The position numbers were made by a program, and so were the translations under genes. From contig MIAY01000010.1 in assembly GCA_001829315.1 (NCBI GenBank), positions 20,871 through 84,870 on the forward strand: a stretch of DNA of 64,000 nucleotides. Direction: 5' to 3'. A model generated the notes under the pieces. That model worked only from the letters and a program-made list of their open reading frames with translations, was not told where the DNA came from and ran no database searches. Shown here piece after piece: positions 28,411-38,927 of the stretch (position 1 is the first letter of the stretch; the number at the start of each line of letters is the position of its first letter). Source of the stretch: Spirochaetes bacterium GWE1_32_154 (lineage in GTDB: Bacteria > Spirochaetota > GWE2-31-10).

Positions 28411-31323
28411 TCATGCAAAAATAGATTGAAATGCCTTTTCAATGTCATTGAGTGTATAAGGCTTTTGTAAAATACAATCAAATCCGCATTCTTTATATTC
28501 ACTTAAAACCGGCTCCTCTGAATAACCGCTTGATACAATTGCTTTTATTTTTGTATCTTTTTTTCTTATTTCCTTAATCGTTTCTTTTCCTCCAAGTCCG
28601 CCTACAATTGTCAGGTCAAGAATTAAAAGATCATAATGATTATCCAATCCATAGTTTTCATCAAATTTTTTAATTGTTTCTTTGCCATCCGACGTTGCCG
28701 TATATTTGTGACCCATTACTTCAAGCATTTTACATAAAACCTTAAGAATTATCGGGTCGTCTTCAAGGATAAGAATGTTGAGTGTTTTATTTATTCTTTC
28801 TGTTGCTCTTACTTTATTGTATACTGTTTTTTCTTTTTCAACAGCCGGGAGGTAGATGTTGAAAATAGTTCCCTGATTTTTAACCGATTTGACGGTTATA
28901 TCACCGCCATGTTTTCTAACAATAGTTAACGATGTTGCAAGTCCAAGACCGGAACCTTCAGTTTTGGTTGAAAAATAAGGGTCAAATATTTTATCAATAC
29001 ATTTTTCATCGATACCCGTACCTGTGTCTTCTATAGTGATTACAAGGTATTCACCTTGTTTTAAAATTGTTTCATTTATAGCCTCAATAGTGATTACATC
29101 CAAATTGATTTTTAATAACCCTTTACCACTCATAGCATGAATCGCATTGATTATTATATTGTGGAGTACCTGTGATATCTGATTCTGATCAATATTAACA
29201 TTCTTTATTGTATCTGAATAGGTGAATTGAGGTTTGATTGATGAACCACGTAATAAAAATCTTGATATTTCTTCAATTAGCGGGATAATTGAAGTGTTTT
29301 GTTTTATTGGCGAACCGCCTTTAGAAAAAGTGAGTAGTTGTTGCGTTAAACCGATAGCGTTTCTTGCAACGGATTCAATATCATTGATGCACGACACTGC
29401 ATCTTCAGTTTTCATATTATTTCGTTTAATGATCGATATATTGGCAAGAATACCGGTTAGATAATTATTGAAATCGTGGGCAATACCACCGGCGAGTAAC
29501 CCAAGAGATTCGAGATTTTTGTTTTTTAATAATGATTTTTCAAGTCTTTCTCTTTTTTCAATTTCTGATTGTAATTCGGCATTGGCAATTTCAAGATCTT
29601 TTGTTCTTTCCTTGACTTTTTTTTCCATATTTTCAGAATACTGATTTATTGTTTCAACAAGCATTGTTCCTTTTAACGCACCTGAAATCTGATGTCGTAA
29701 ACTTTTTACTGTAATACCGATGTTGATGCCATTATTAATAATAATATAGCCAATATCTTCATCTTTAACATGAAGAGCCTCAATAAAACCATTATAGACT
29801 TCATCTTTAAATTGACTCGGAAGTAAATCAATCGGATTAAAATCAGATATTTGAGATACAGAAATATTTGAACCGTTATTTATATAACCGATCAGTTTTG
29901 CTTTGGTTTTTTCATTATTTGAATAAGCAACAATAAAACATTTTGTAATAGTAAATAACGGGAGTTTTTCTGAAAGTATTGAAAGAATTTTATGTCTGTT
30001 AAAAGCTGTTGAAAGATCTTCACCTAATTGGAATAATTGTTCCTCAATAATTCGCGAATAAATATTTTTTTGGATAATTGAACAGCTATAATGATAATAA
30101 GAAAGTAAGAGCGATTTTGATATTTGAGCATTGATATTTGTTGAAGTTATTGAGTCTATTTTCTTTTTGAAAATTATATCAATTTTTTGTAATAATTCCA
30201 TTAAAATAGGATAAGACCATTCATTTTTGTATGAATTAAAAATATTTTTTTCCATAAAATCGATAGTGGTATTAACTTTATTCGGATCGGTTATTAATTT
30301 CATAATTGTAATAACCTGATTAAATAACCATTCTTTTTTATCAATTTCGATTATGTTGTTATACTGAGTAATTATCTTTTCAAAAAAATCACGTAAGACC
30401 TTATTGTTTACATTGAAATTTAATGTGTAGATCGTTGAGTCATTAGTAAAGTGGGATGGTATAAGAATATCGTTTGTCTCTGTTGATTTTCGTGGTATAT
30501 AATATGTTTGAAGTTCTTTGTTTTCAGGTACAACTTTGTTATTAATGAGAAAATGTATCATTTCAACTGCTTCAATTCCAAGTTTGGAAAGCGGATATGA
30601 TACAGTCGTTAATGCCGGTGACATAAAAAAAGATTCAAGCGTATTATCAAACCCGGTAACTCTTATTTCATGAGGGATATTTATTCCCCTTTTTTTAAGT
30701 TCCTGTAACGCTCCGAGTGCCATGTTATCATTAAAGCAAATTATAATATCAATCGGAAATTTATATGAATCAATAAAGTATGTAACCCCGTTTACACCAT
30801 CAAAAAAATTAAAAGTTCCGTTGTAAATTGCGTCATCATTTAAAACCAGATTTTTCACGGAAAGAATTTTTCTTAATGTTTCCATTCGTTGTATTGTGTC
30901 GGTATTATCAGTCGGGCCGGTTATTACAGCGATATTTTTTGCATTATGGTTACTCAGAATTGAATTAAGCATGACTTCAAACCCTGAAATATTATTAACT
31001 ATTATTGAATAATAACCGGAGAGTTTTTTTGAAATTAAAACAATTGGTATACTGGGAAAACCGGATAAAAATTGTCGTGCTTCATCATCATCAATAAAGT
31101 CAAAAATATTTGAAACAATAAGTCCGTCAAATTTTTCATTAATAATCCATTTATAAATGATATTTCTTTGTTTTTCCCATTGATCATCTGATTTTAATCT
31201 GCCACCATGAATTGTGAAAAGCTGATAGTTATATTCCAGACATTTTTTATAAATACTTTCGTATAATAGTTCATTGAAAGTATTCGAGATGTCCAGTGAT
31301 AAAAAACCTAATCGTTTTTCCAT
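28411..31323 (-). CDS. Hybrid histidine kinase with N-terminal LacI-type ligand-binding domain and receiver
   Basis: NDNMALG, VTGFDN, PALTTV; GGIAHDFNN H-box; GSGLGL; REC LLILD. Confidence 0.92.
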   Translation of the reverse strand: MEKRLGFLSLDISNTFNELLYESIYKKCLEYNYQLFTIHGGRLKSDDQWEKQRNIIYKWIINEKFDGLIVSNIFDFIDDDEARQFLSGFPSIPIVLISKKLSGYYSIIVNNISGFEVMLNSILSNHNAKNIAVITGPTDNTDTIQRMETLRKILSVKNLVLNDDAIYNGTFNFFDGVNGVTYFIDSYKFPIDIIICFNDNMALGALQELKKRGINIPHEIRVTGFDNTLESFFMSPALTTVSYPLSKLGIEAVEMIHFLINNKVVPENKELQTYYIPRKSTETNDILIPSHFTNDSTIYTLNFNVNNKVLRDFFEKIITQYNNIIEIDKKEWLFNQVITIMKLITDPNKVNTTIDFMEKNIFNSYKNEWSYPILMELLQKIDIIFKKKIDSITSTNINAQISKSLLLSYYHYSCSIIQKNIYSRIIEEQLFQLGEDLSTAFNRHKILSILSEKLPLFTITKCFIVAYSNNEKTKAKLIGYINNGSNISVSQISDFNPIDLLPSQFKDEVYNGFIEALHVKDEDIGYIIINNGINIGITVKSLRHQISGALKGTMLVETINQYSENMEKKVKERTKDLEIANAELQSEIEKRERLEKSLLKNKNLESLGLLAGGIAHDFNNYLTGILANISIIKRNNMKTEDAVSCINDIESVARNAIGLTQQLLTFSKGGSPIKQNTSIIPLIEEISRFLLRGSSIKPQFTYSDTIKNVNIDQNQISQVLHNIIINAIHAMSGKGLLKINLDVITIEAINETILKQGEYLVITIEDTGTGIDEKCIDKIFDPYFSTKTEGSGLGLATSLTIVRKHGGDITVKSVKNQGTIFNIYLPAVEKEKTVYNKVRATERINKTLNILILEDDPIILKVLCKMLEVMGHKYTATSDGKETIKKFDENYGLDNHYDLLILDLTIVGGLGGKETIKEIRKKDTKIKAIVSSGYSEEPVLSEYKECGFDCILQKPYTLNDIEKAFQSIFA

Positions 31324-31378
31324 TATTGAACCAACGTCCTTATAGAGTGTAATTATACCATTTTTTTCGATTATTTAT

Positions 31379-31921
31379 TCAAAAAAATATTTTTAATAAA
31401 TTCGTTAGTGAATATAAAATAATACCGGAAAATCCGCAAATAAAAATTATTATTACCGGACTGATTTTTGTATATTTTATTAACAATAATGATACAAGAG
31501 CAATTATATATACAAGAGGATCAGTAAAGTGTGGCATTGATAATCGAATGAGTGAATATGAAATTAAAATCAGTGTTCCCGGTAATAATGCTTTTGTTAG
31601 GCGAATTCTATCTTTAATTATGTATTTTTCAATGATTCCGAGTAAACCGAGAATAAGTAAAGTAGGTAAAAGTAAAGATATCGTTGCAATTATTCCTCCA
31701 ATTATACCGTATAGTTTATAGCCGGTGTAAGTTGCCATATTAATTGCAATTGGACCAGGGGTCATTTGAGATATTGAAATTGCCATGGTAAAATCTTCTA
31801 AACTTAAAAAGTTTCTGCCGACAAGTTCTTTTTGAATTAACCCGACAACACTCCACCCTCCGCCAAACGCGAAAAAACCAATCTTTATAAATACTAAACT
31901 TAATGCGAATAATTCATTCAT
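31379..31921 (-). CDS. chrA: Short-chain chromate transporter, subunit 2
   Basis: FAFGGG, SQMTPGPIAINMATYTG. Confidence 0.9.
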   Translation of the reverse strand: MNELFALSLVFIKIGFFAFGGGWSVVGLIQKELVGRNFLSLEDFTMAISISQMTPGPIAINMATYTGYKLYGIIGGIIATISLLLPTLLILGLLGIIEKYIIKDRIRLTKALLPGTLILISYSLIRLSMPHFTDPLVYIIALVSLLLIKYTKISPVIIIFICGFSGIILYSLTNLLKIFF

Positions 31922-32457
31922 ATTTTTTCCTTTTTTGTATGTGATGAACCGGTTACATAGAGTAGAATAGTTAGCCCTATAAACACTGGAATAATAAATG
32001 ATTGATTTATTATAGAAAGGACAAGACCGGATAGTATTAGTATGAATTTTAATAGAGTCCAGTGTATATTTTTATGCATTTTCAGAAGTAAATTTATAAT
32101 CATTCCAATAGATGCAGCATATACACCTTTTAAAAAATATTGCACCGGTTGATAGTCAGAGATTGTATTGATAAACGCTGCAATAAAAGATAACACGATA
32201 AACGGAGGGAGTATTACACCAAGGATTGATACAAAAGCCCCCCTGTATCCGCACAGTTTTTTACCTGTTAAGAAAGCTACATTAAATATGATTGCACCGG
32301 GAATTGCTTGTGCTATTGATAGAATTTCCAGAAATTCAGAATCAGAAAGCCACTTTTTTTCGGTTATTTTCCTTTCGATCGCAATAATCATAACATAACC
32401 GCCACCAAGCGTAAATAAAGAAGTTTTAAAAAAGAATAAAAAAAGTTTTAAAATCAT
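31918..32457 (-). CDS. chrA: Short-chain chromate transporter, subunit 1
   Basis: FTLGGGY, AQAIPGAI, GVILPPF. Confidence 0.9.
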   Translation of the reverse strand: MILKLFLFFFKTSLFTLGGGYVMIIAIERKITEKKWLSDSEFLEILSIAQAIPGAIIFNVAFLTGKKLCGYRGAFVSILGVILPPFIVLSFIAAFINTISDYQPVQYFLKGVYAASIGMIINLLLKMHKNIHWTLLKFILILSGLVLSIINQSFIIPVFIGLTILLYVTGSSHTKKEKI

Positions 32458-32536
32458 TATATATCCTATTGAATTTATTTAGTTCTTGACTTATTTGAAA
32501 ATTGGAAATATCATTAACAATAAAGGTATATATACT

Positions 32537-34747
32537 ATGAAAAAACGGTTTTTTTACGCATTTCACAATAAGATTATAACATTTATCATATCTGTTGTCT
32601 CATTTTTAGTTTTTTCGTTTCTTGCATATCAGATAATTTACGGGTTTGTAAGAACGAACACATTAATAGAAAGAACATTAAATGAATCTCAAGAAAAATT
32701 CAAGTTAATATTAAATTCAAAACTTGATTTATCAGATCGAATTATAAGAACATTACTTAATGATGATATTTTAACCTCAGCAATCACTTTAAGTAATAAA
32801 GATATTATAGAAAAACGGTTAAATTTCTATAACCCCATACTGGATACATTCAGTATCGAAGTTATTGATTCTCAATCTAACTATTATACAAATACTTTGA
32901 TACATGATCGATATAAAATGAATAACCAATATCGTGCAAATATAATAAAAACGGCATCAAATGATGGTGGTGTTTTCTTTCTGGAAAGGGAGAGTAGTCT
33001 GGATATCAGGTATGTGATGAAAAGGTTACATAGTAATGAAATACTATCGGTCGGTTTTTCTATAGATAGAGAAAGTTTTTTTATTAATCAATTAAAGAAT
33101 AGTATTGATGCAGAAATTATTCTATTCAATAAAAATGGGATTATAACAAATTCAATTACAAGTAATACAGCTCTTACAAAAGAAATGCTTCAATTTTCAC
33201 CTGATCAAGTATATACAAAAATCAGTCAGTCAGGTAATTCATATATCGATACCATAGAAATTTCAAATATTTTGTATGCAATACAATATAGCCCTTTTTC
33301 TTTAGATCGAGGGGCAATGGATTTGATTGTCGCTTTTGCTATTGATAAGAAAGAACTAATTGATAGTATCATTTCAGCAATTATAATTACGACAGCAACA
33401 ACAGTTCTTGTATTTCTATTGGTTATATTTTTTTCATATTATATAACAGTACGAATGGCAAAGCCTTTAAGAATGTTGACAAACGCATCAAGTCGAAATG
33501 CAAATGGAGAAATAGTAACGGTTGATTATGAAGGAAACAATGAGATTGCTGATTTAATCGGGAATTATAATACCATGATACTTGAATTAAAAGAAAAACG
33601 GGATGGTTTGGATGTTCTTATTGAGGAACGTACAATGGAATTATATAAAAGAAATAATGAATTAAAAGATATAAATCAAAAATCAAAGGTAGAATTAAAT
33701 ATTGCAAATAAAGTCCATTCACTTCTGTCAAGTGAAAGTAAAGTTGAATCTGAGGTTTTGGAGATTTCAAGTATGTATATTCCGGTAGAATCTGAAGGTT
33801 CAGTTCAATATAATTTCTATCGGGTGAGCGATAATAAAATTGGTTTATTAATATTTAATTTGGCTCGAATAGATTTACCTCATGCATTATTGTCATCACT
33901 TATCAGACTGTCTTTTAGTAAATATTCTATAGGAAATAGAACATTATGTGAGTTAATTGCACTTGTTAATGAAGAACTTGAGGAGTTCATACCAAATTAT
34001 AACGATGGTATATGTTTGTTTTATGCCTTAGTCGATGGTGATGATAAAAGATTGCAATATATAAATGCCTCCTGCAGTGCTGTTTATATACAAAAAAAAG
34101 AAGGAGCATTAATTCCCTTAAATAGCAGCACATATCGCATTGGACAAGAAATTGATGATTCTCTTCAAGAGTGGAATCTTAATCTTGAACAACATGACCG
34201 GTTAGTGTATATTTCCGGCACAAATTATTCGTTTAATTCATTAGAGCCTGTTATTCAGCGAAATGTATGTAAAACTTCAAGAGATATGATAAATGATTTA
34301 TTGCAGTCAATCACAGAAGAAAATAGTAATGATTCTAATATCTCTGTTTTATCAAGTGATTTTATTTTTATGAAACGGGAGTCTGTTATTCCGCCTGATT
34401 TAGACAGGCTAAGAGAGCGATTGTTACATGATTTAGAGATATCTTCAGATTTCGAGACTGAAGCTTCACACAACGCATTTATCAAAGCAATTGATGCTTT
34501 TGAGCTTGGTAAATATGATATTGCCATTAGAGAAATTAATAGACTTTCCGGAAGGTATACTAATGCAATTGATACCTTTGCTACTATGGATTTATTAGCA
34601 CATAGTTACTATCGACTTGAAAGTTTTGAAGAAGCTTTGAATTATTGGGAAGCAGCAGAAAAAAAAGAGCAAAAACCATATTCAATTGATAAAAATATTT
34701 CAATATTAAAAGGTATTATAGAAGAAAAGAAGATGCGTAAAGGATAA
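32537..34747 (+). CDS. Membrane sensor with HAMP, degenerate SpoIIE/PP2C domain and C-terminal TPR
   Basis: Two TMs, HAMP (NEIADLIGNYNTM), ELNIANKVH, LQYINA PP2C scaffold, TPR-like LAHSYYRLESFEEALNYWE. Confidence 0.75.
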   Translation: MKKRFFYAFHNKIITFIISVVSFLVFSFLAYQIIYGFVRTNTLIERTLNESQEKFKLILNSKLDLSDRIIRTLLNDDILTSAITLSNKDIIEKRLNFYNPILDTFSIEVIDSQSNYYTNTLIHDRYKMNNQYRANIIKTASNDGGVFFLERESSLDIRYVMKRLHSNEILSVGFSIDRESFFINQLKNSIDAEIILFNKNGIITNSITSNTALTKEMLQFSPDQVYTKISQSGNSYIDTIEISNILYAIQYSPFSLDRGAMDLIVAFAIDKKELIDSIISAIIITTATTVLVFLLVIFFSYYITVRMAKPLRMLTNASSRNANGEIVTVDYEGNNEIADLIGNYNTMILELKEKRDGLDVLIEERTMELYKRNNELKDINQKSKVELNIANKVHSLLSSESKVESEVLEISSMYIPVESEGSVQYNFYRVSDNKIGLLIFNLARIDLPHALLSSLIRLSFSKYSIGNRTLCELIALVNEELEEFIPNYNDGICLFYALVDGDDKRLQYINASCSAVYIQKKEGALIPLNSSTYRIGQEIDDSLQEWNLNLEQHDRLVYISGTNYSFNSLEPVIQRNVCKTSRDMINDLLQSITEENSNDSNISVLSSDFIFMKRESVIPPDLDRLRERLLHDLEISSDFETEASHNAFIKAIDAFELGKYDIAIREINRLSGRYTNAIDTFATMDLLAHSYYRLESFEEALNYWEAAEKKEQKPYSIDKNISILKGIIEEKKMRKG

Positions 34748-34753
34748 ATCAAG

Positions 34754-34782
34754 AATGGCATCAAACTATATTTGATGCCATT
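34754..34782. terminator. Bidirectional hairpin between convergent genes
   Basis: aatggcatcaaa-ctata-tttgatgccatt. Confidence 0.75.
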
Positions 34783-34790
34783 TAGTCATG

Positions 34791-36554
34791 TTATGGTTTA
34801 ACTATATCAATTTTTCGTAGTGATTCATTATCAAATATTAAGATGTCTTTACTGTTTGAGTTTACGTAAATAAAACTATCATAAAAACTTATAAATGTAT
34901 CGCTAAGAATCAGTTCATCAGATTTTGCTATTAATTTCATAGTTAAATCAAATTTACCAAGGTAGTAATTAGTATCACTTTTTAAAACGGCATACATAAA
35001 ATTATTATGTACCTGAACGAATGATCTGAAAAAAATATTATTATCTCCTATAGACTTAATTTCAAGTGTTTCAGGATCAAGAAGGGTCAGGTAATGTTCC
35101 GAATCGTGTGATCCTTTATGACCGATTACGACAACACCCTCGGGAAATACAAGATAGTTTTTACCGCAAATACTGGTCATTGAAGATGTTTTAATGATTG
35201 TTCTTGAAATTGGTTCAATAATATTAATTTCATTATTAAAATGTCCGTCATTTAATCGTTCAATAACTTTAAGATAATAGAATTTACCTGCCATAATTTT
35301 AGGGTCAGTCTGGCCAACTTTTAAGTTTGATTCCAATAAAGTAAGCTGCTGCTGTTTTTTATCGAGTTCAATTTGTTGTTTAGCTAAATTTTCGGCTTTT
35401 TTTTCTAAATCTTCCTCAGCTTTTTCAGGAGATGTTTCTTGTTTTAACAAAGTTTCATCTTTAATTATATCAATTTTTGCTTCTTCAATAATTTTTTCCT
35501 TTTCAGTTACTTTTTCCTGTTGTTCCTGAATACTTTTCTCATTTTCATTAACAGTTTCTTTTTTTTCTTCTACTTCTTGAGTTATTTGTTCTACAACAAC
35601 TTTTTCCTGTTCAATACTTTCTTTCACTTCTGCTATTGTATTTTCTTTTGCGATGATTTCCTGAGTAATTTTTTCCTTCTCGACAGGGTCACTTATAATA
35701 GTTACGACTTCTTTTTTTTGTTCAAGTTCCTTTTCTTCTTTAATCAGTAATTCTTCTTTTGTTTTGATAATTTCTGTTTTATCAGCAAGTTCTTTTTCTT
35801 TTGTGATGATTTCTTTTCTTTCCTGATCGACAGTTTTAATTATAGTTTCAATAATTTTTTTCTCTTCCTTGACTTCTTTTTCCTGAACTTTAACAAGATC
35901 TTTTCTTTCTTTTATACTTTTATCATCAGTTTTTTTTGCTTCATCAATTGTTTTCTTTTCTGATAATTCAAAAACAATCGGTTTTTTTATTTTTCCGCTT
36001 TTTAATGGTATGATGATTTTACTTTTACCGGCCCATTCATAATATTTTTTTGATAAACCTGCATTTTCGGATGTTATATTCTGCATAACTATATCTTTAT
36101 ATTTGGTATTGAAAAAAACAGTGTCTTTTCTATAGACCGCATTGTATATCGTAATAAAAAATGCAAGCGTTTTTGCATCTTTGCTTGTGTATCCGTATTG
36201 AGCCGCAAGATATGAAGCAATAATTGTTCTTACATTTCGTATATGTTCAACTTTTGCATCAGCATCTATTGAAATAATATCAGCATTATATTTTCCGTTA
36301 TCAATTTCATCGGAACAATGAATTACTGAGTATTTATTATGATATATTCCGGTATTTGTTTTTGATTTTTTTAAATTGTTGGATAAAATTCGTCCTATCC
36401 CCATAATTTCTAAAAAACTTTCAGTATATCTATAGGTGCCTGTATAGTTTTCAAATTCAATAATTTGCGTCTCAATCATCAATTCATCGTCAGCAACTTG
36501 AGAAAAAGCAAAAATTGGTAATAACATAACAATAATTTTGAATAGTTTATTCAT
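34791..36554 (-). CDS. P83/100-family spirochaete antigen
   Basis: IEFENYTG, AKVEHIRNVRTII..YL...YGY, FITIYNAVYR, GLS..Y.EWAG, long E/K coiled coil; start at MNKLF. Confidence 0.85.
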   Translation of the reverse strand: MNKLFKIIVMLLPIFAFSQVADDELMIETQIIEFENYTGTYRYTESFLEIMGIGRILSNNLKKSKTNTGIYHNKYSVIHCSDEIDNGKYNADIISIDADAKVEHIRNVRTIIASYLAAQYGYTSKDAKTLAFFITIYNAVYRKDTVFFNTKYKDIVMQNITSENAGLSKKYYEWAGKSKIIIPLKSGKIKKPIVFELSEKKTIDEAKKTDDKSIKERKDLVKVQEKEVKEEKKIIETIIKTVDQERKEIITKEKELADKTEIIKTKEELLIKEEKELEQKKEVVTIISDPVEKEKITQEIIAKENTIAEVKESIEQEKVVVEQITQEVEEKKETVNENEKSIQEQQEKVTEKEKIIEEAKIDIIKDETLLKQETSPEKAEEDLEKKAENLAKQQIELDKKQQQLTLLESNLKVGQTDPKIMAGKFYYLKVIERLNDGHFNNEINIIEPISRTIIKTSSMTSICGKNYLVFPEGVVVIGHKGSHDSEHYLTLLDPETLEIKSIGDNNIFFRSFVQVHNNFMYAVLKSDTNYYLGKFDLTMKLIAKSDELILSDTFISFYDSFIYVNSNSKDILIFDNESLRKIDIVKP

Positions 36555-36685
36555 TTGATATCCTTTTTTAATGTATTCTATACAATATACTATACTTTCA
36601 AGAAAAAAGAAGAAAAAAAATAATAAAAACAATATTTTTTAATATACAATGTATTTTTATGATTTATGTATTATAATTATAGATT

Positions 36686-36740
36686 AGACTATTGCGAAAA
36701 TCAGGAGAGACCGATAGAAAAGTGTTTTTTTGCAATAAGT
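36686..36740. repeat. Diverged MITE/REP-like element upstream of the lipoprotein cluster
   Basis: actattgcgaaaa ... gatagaaaagtg-tttttttgcaataagt. Confidence 0.55.
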
Positions 36741-36771
36741 GATAGATTTATTTATATTCAAGGGGAATACT

Positions 36772-38916
36772 ATGAAACAAATTGTGTCAATTTTATTTAT
36801 TTTTCTTTTCATTGTATCAGGTTGTGAACCAACAGATTCCGGTTCGTCTAACACTACTGATACCGCAGATTCCGGTTATACATTAAGCAGTGACGGGAAA
36901 ATAGCAACGGTATCTACTTCTGCCGGATTAAAAGAGATGCTTGCAAAAGATGGAGTTACTGAAATAACTCTTAAATCGGGAAATTATACTGAAGAATATG
37001 AAATAAATGATGCTAAAGAAGTAATAGGTTCATCAGAAACCAGTATCAATAAGATTTCTGTTAATAGTACAGGGGCAAAAATCAGTTCACCAAAAATAAC
37101 ATCGTTATTAGCCGGTAAAGGTATAGGGGATGGTGATTTAACATTAGAAAATGTAACCATTGAGGGGGATGCCGTTTTTCAGGGGGGCGGGTCGAATAGT
37201 ATTAAAGTAAAAGGAAATTCCAAATTTGAAGGTAATGTTACCCTTGATAAAGAAGGTTTAAGTTTTAAACTTGAGTCTACAATACAAATAAAGAAATCCA
37301 TTGTCGTTTCAAAACCGGCTAATTTATTACCTATTGATGAAAACTCCACTCCACCAAATATAGCTGCATCTATTGCAATTAATTATGACAGTACACAATT
37401 TACAAAGGTTACTCTGATGAATATAGGAACATCATCAAAACTCATTGTTGGTGAAGGTGTTACCGGTATGTCTCTCGGGACACAAGCTAAAGTAGCTACA
37501 TTATATACACTTGCATCAGGGGTAGCGATAGATGCTGCTGTTGGTGCTGCTATTACACAAGCTAATGATACAGGTTCTATTGTTGGAGCCGGTGCAGATG
37601 CAATAGCACAAACGGTTACGAAAGTTGAAATGGTTCTGACTACGGAACTTACTGCAATCATTGCCCTTATGAAGTTAAATGCAGGACTCATAACCGGTGC
37701 AAATCCTGATAATATTACAGGAAATTTTACATTGGTATCAACAGTTACGGTTGATTCGTCTATACCGGCCTTAGATATAAAATGGACAAGTTCAAATCCG
37801 GAAATTATCGCTTTAAACGGTACACAGGCTACGGTAACACGACCTGCAGTTAATACAACAGTAACATTAACCGCTGAAATAACTGTTGGTGCAATTACAG
37901 TGTCAAAAGGGATTACGGTAATTGTATCAGGAGCATCTGTTGTTACTTATACAGTAACATTTAACTCAAATGAAGGCTCTACGGTTAATGCACAAATTGT
38001 TGTTTCCGGCGGTCTGGTTACAAAACCCGGTAATCCTGCTAAGGCTGGGTTTACATTTAACGGGTGGTATAAAGAAAGCACATATGTGACATCATGGGAT
38101 TTTACAAAGGATACAGTGACATCAAATATAACCCTTTATGCAGGGTGGACTGATAATGCAGTAACACCTGTTACCTATACAGTGACATTTAAAGCTAATG
38201 ATGGCTCTACAGATACTGTACAGGTTGTTAATGACGGCGAACTTGCAACAGAACCGACAGCACCTGTTAAAGCCGGGTATACATTTGGTGGCTGGTATAA
38301 AGAAACAGGTTTAACAACAGCGTGGGTTTTCTCAACTGAAAAAGTAACTGCAAATGTCGAATTGTATGCGAAATGGACTATTAACAATTACACAGTAACA
38401 TTCAATTCAAACGGTGGCTCTACGGTTACATCAATGAATGCAGACTATAATACAAAAGTTTCCGCACCACCGGCAACACCGACACAAAGCGGTTACACAT
38501 TCGCCGGCTGGTTTAAAGAAACAGATTTAACTACCAAATGGGATTTTTTAGTAGATACAGTGACTTCAAATATAACCCTTTATGCAGGGTGGACAGCAGA
38601 TGGAGTTACAGGTACTATTACTGCCACGATTGTCATCGGGGCTGCTGATCCGGTGACATTACCGGGTGATATCAGTTTATCAACATTTGAAACATTTAAT
38701 GTAGCTGTTTCTGAAACAACTTATACTGCGTATGAATGGTATATAGATGGAAAAAAACTACTCGATATTAATAGTGCACCCGTAACAGGACATACTATTT
38801 TTGTATCTCTTCAGCCATTGGGTTTAGAGCCGGGTATACATGAGTTGACCTGTGTGGTAACAAATTCAACTGAAGTAAAATCATCAGGAAGCGTTCGATT
38901 TAGTATAACAAACTAA
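36772..38916 (+). CDS. Surface lipoprotein with Ig-like domain and three InlB B-repeats
   Basis: Lipobox IVSG-C; IKWTSSNP Ig-like; three YTVTF...P.K.G(Y/F)TF.GW...LYA.W repeats. Confidence 0.88.
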   Translation: MKQIVSILFIFLFIVSGCEPTDSGSSNTTDTADSGYTLSSDGKIATVSTSAGLKEMLAKDGVTEITLKSGNYTEEYEINDAKEVIGSSETSINKISVNSTGAKISSPKITSLLAGKGIGDGDLTLENVTIEGDAVFQGGGSNSIKVKGNSKFEGNVTLDKEGLSFKLESTIQIKKSIVVSKPANLLPIDENSTPPNIAASIAINYDSTQFTKVTLMNIGTSSKLIVGEGVTGMSLGTQAKVATLYTLASGVAIDAAVGAAITQANDTGSIVGAGADAIAQTVTKVEMVLTTELTAIIALMKLNAGLITGANPDNITGNFTLVSTVTVDSSIPALDIKWTSSNPEIIALNGTQATVTRPAVNTTVTLTAEITVGAITVSKGITVIVSGASVVTYTVTFNSNEGSTVNAQIVVSGGLVTKPGNPAKAGFTFNGWYKESTYVTSWDFTKDTVTSNITLYAGWTDNAVTPVTYTVTFKANDGSTDTVQVVNDGELATEPTAPVKAGYTFGGWYKETGLTTAWVFSTEKVTANVELYAKWTINNYTVTFNSNGGSTVTSMNADYNTKVSAPPATPTQSGYTFAGWFKETDLTTKWDFLVDTVTSNITLYAGWTADGVTGTITATIVIGAADPVTLPGDISLSTFETFNVAVSETTYTAYEWYIDGKKLLDINSAPVTGHTIFVSLQPLGLEPGIHELTCVVTNSTEVKSSGSVRFSITN

Positions 38917-38927
38917 GGGGGGATGAC

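Noticed and set aside
35330-35960. Low-complexity, repeat-like DNA
   Set aside because: Explained by the Glu/Lys coiled coil of the P83/100 protein
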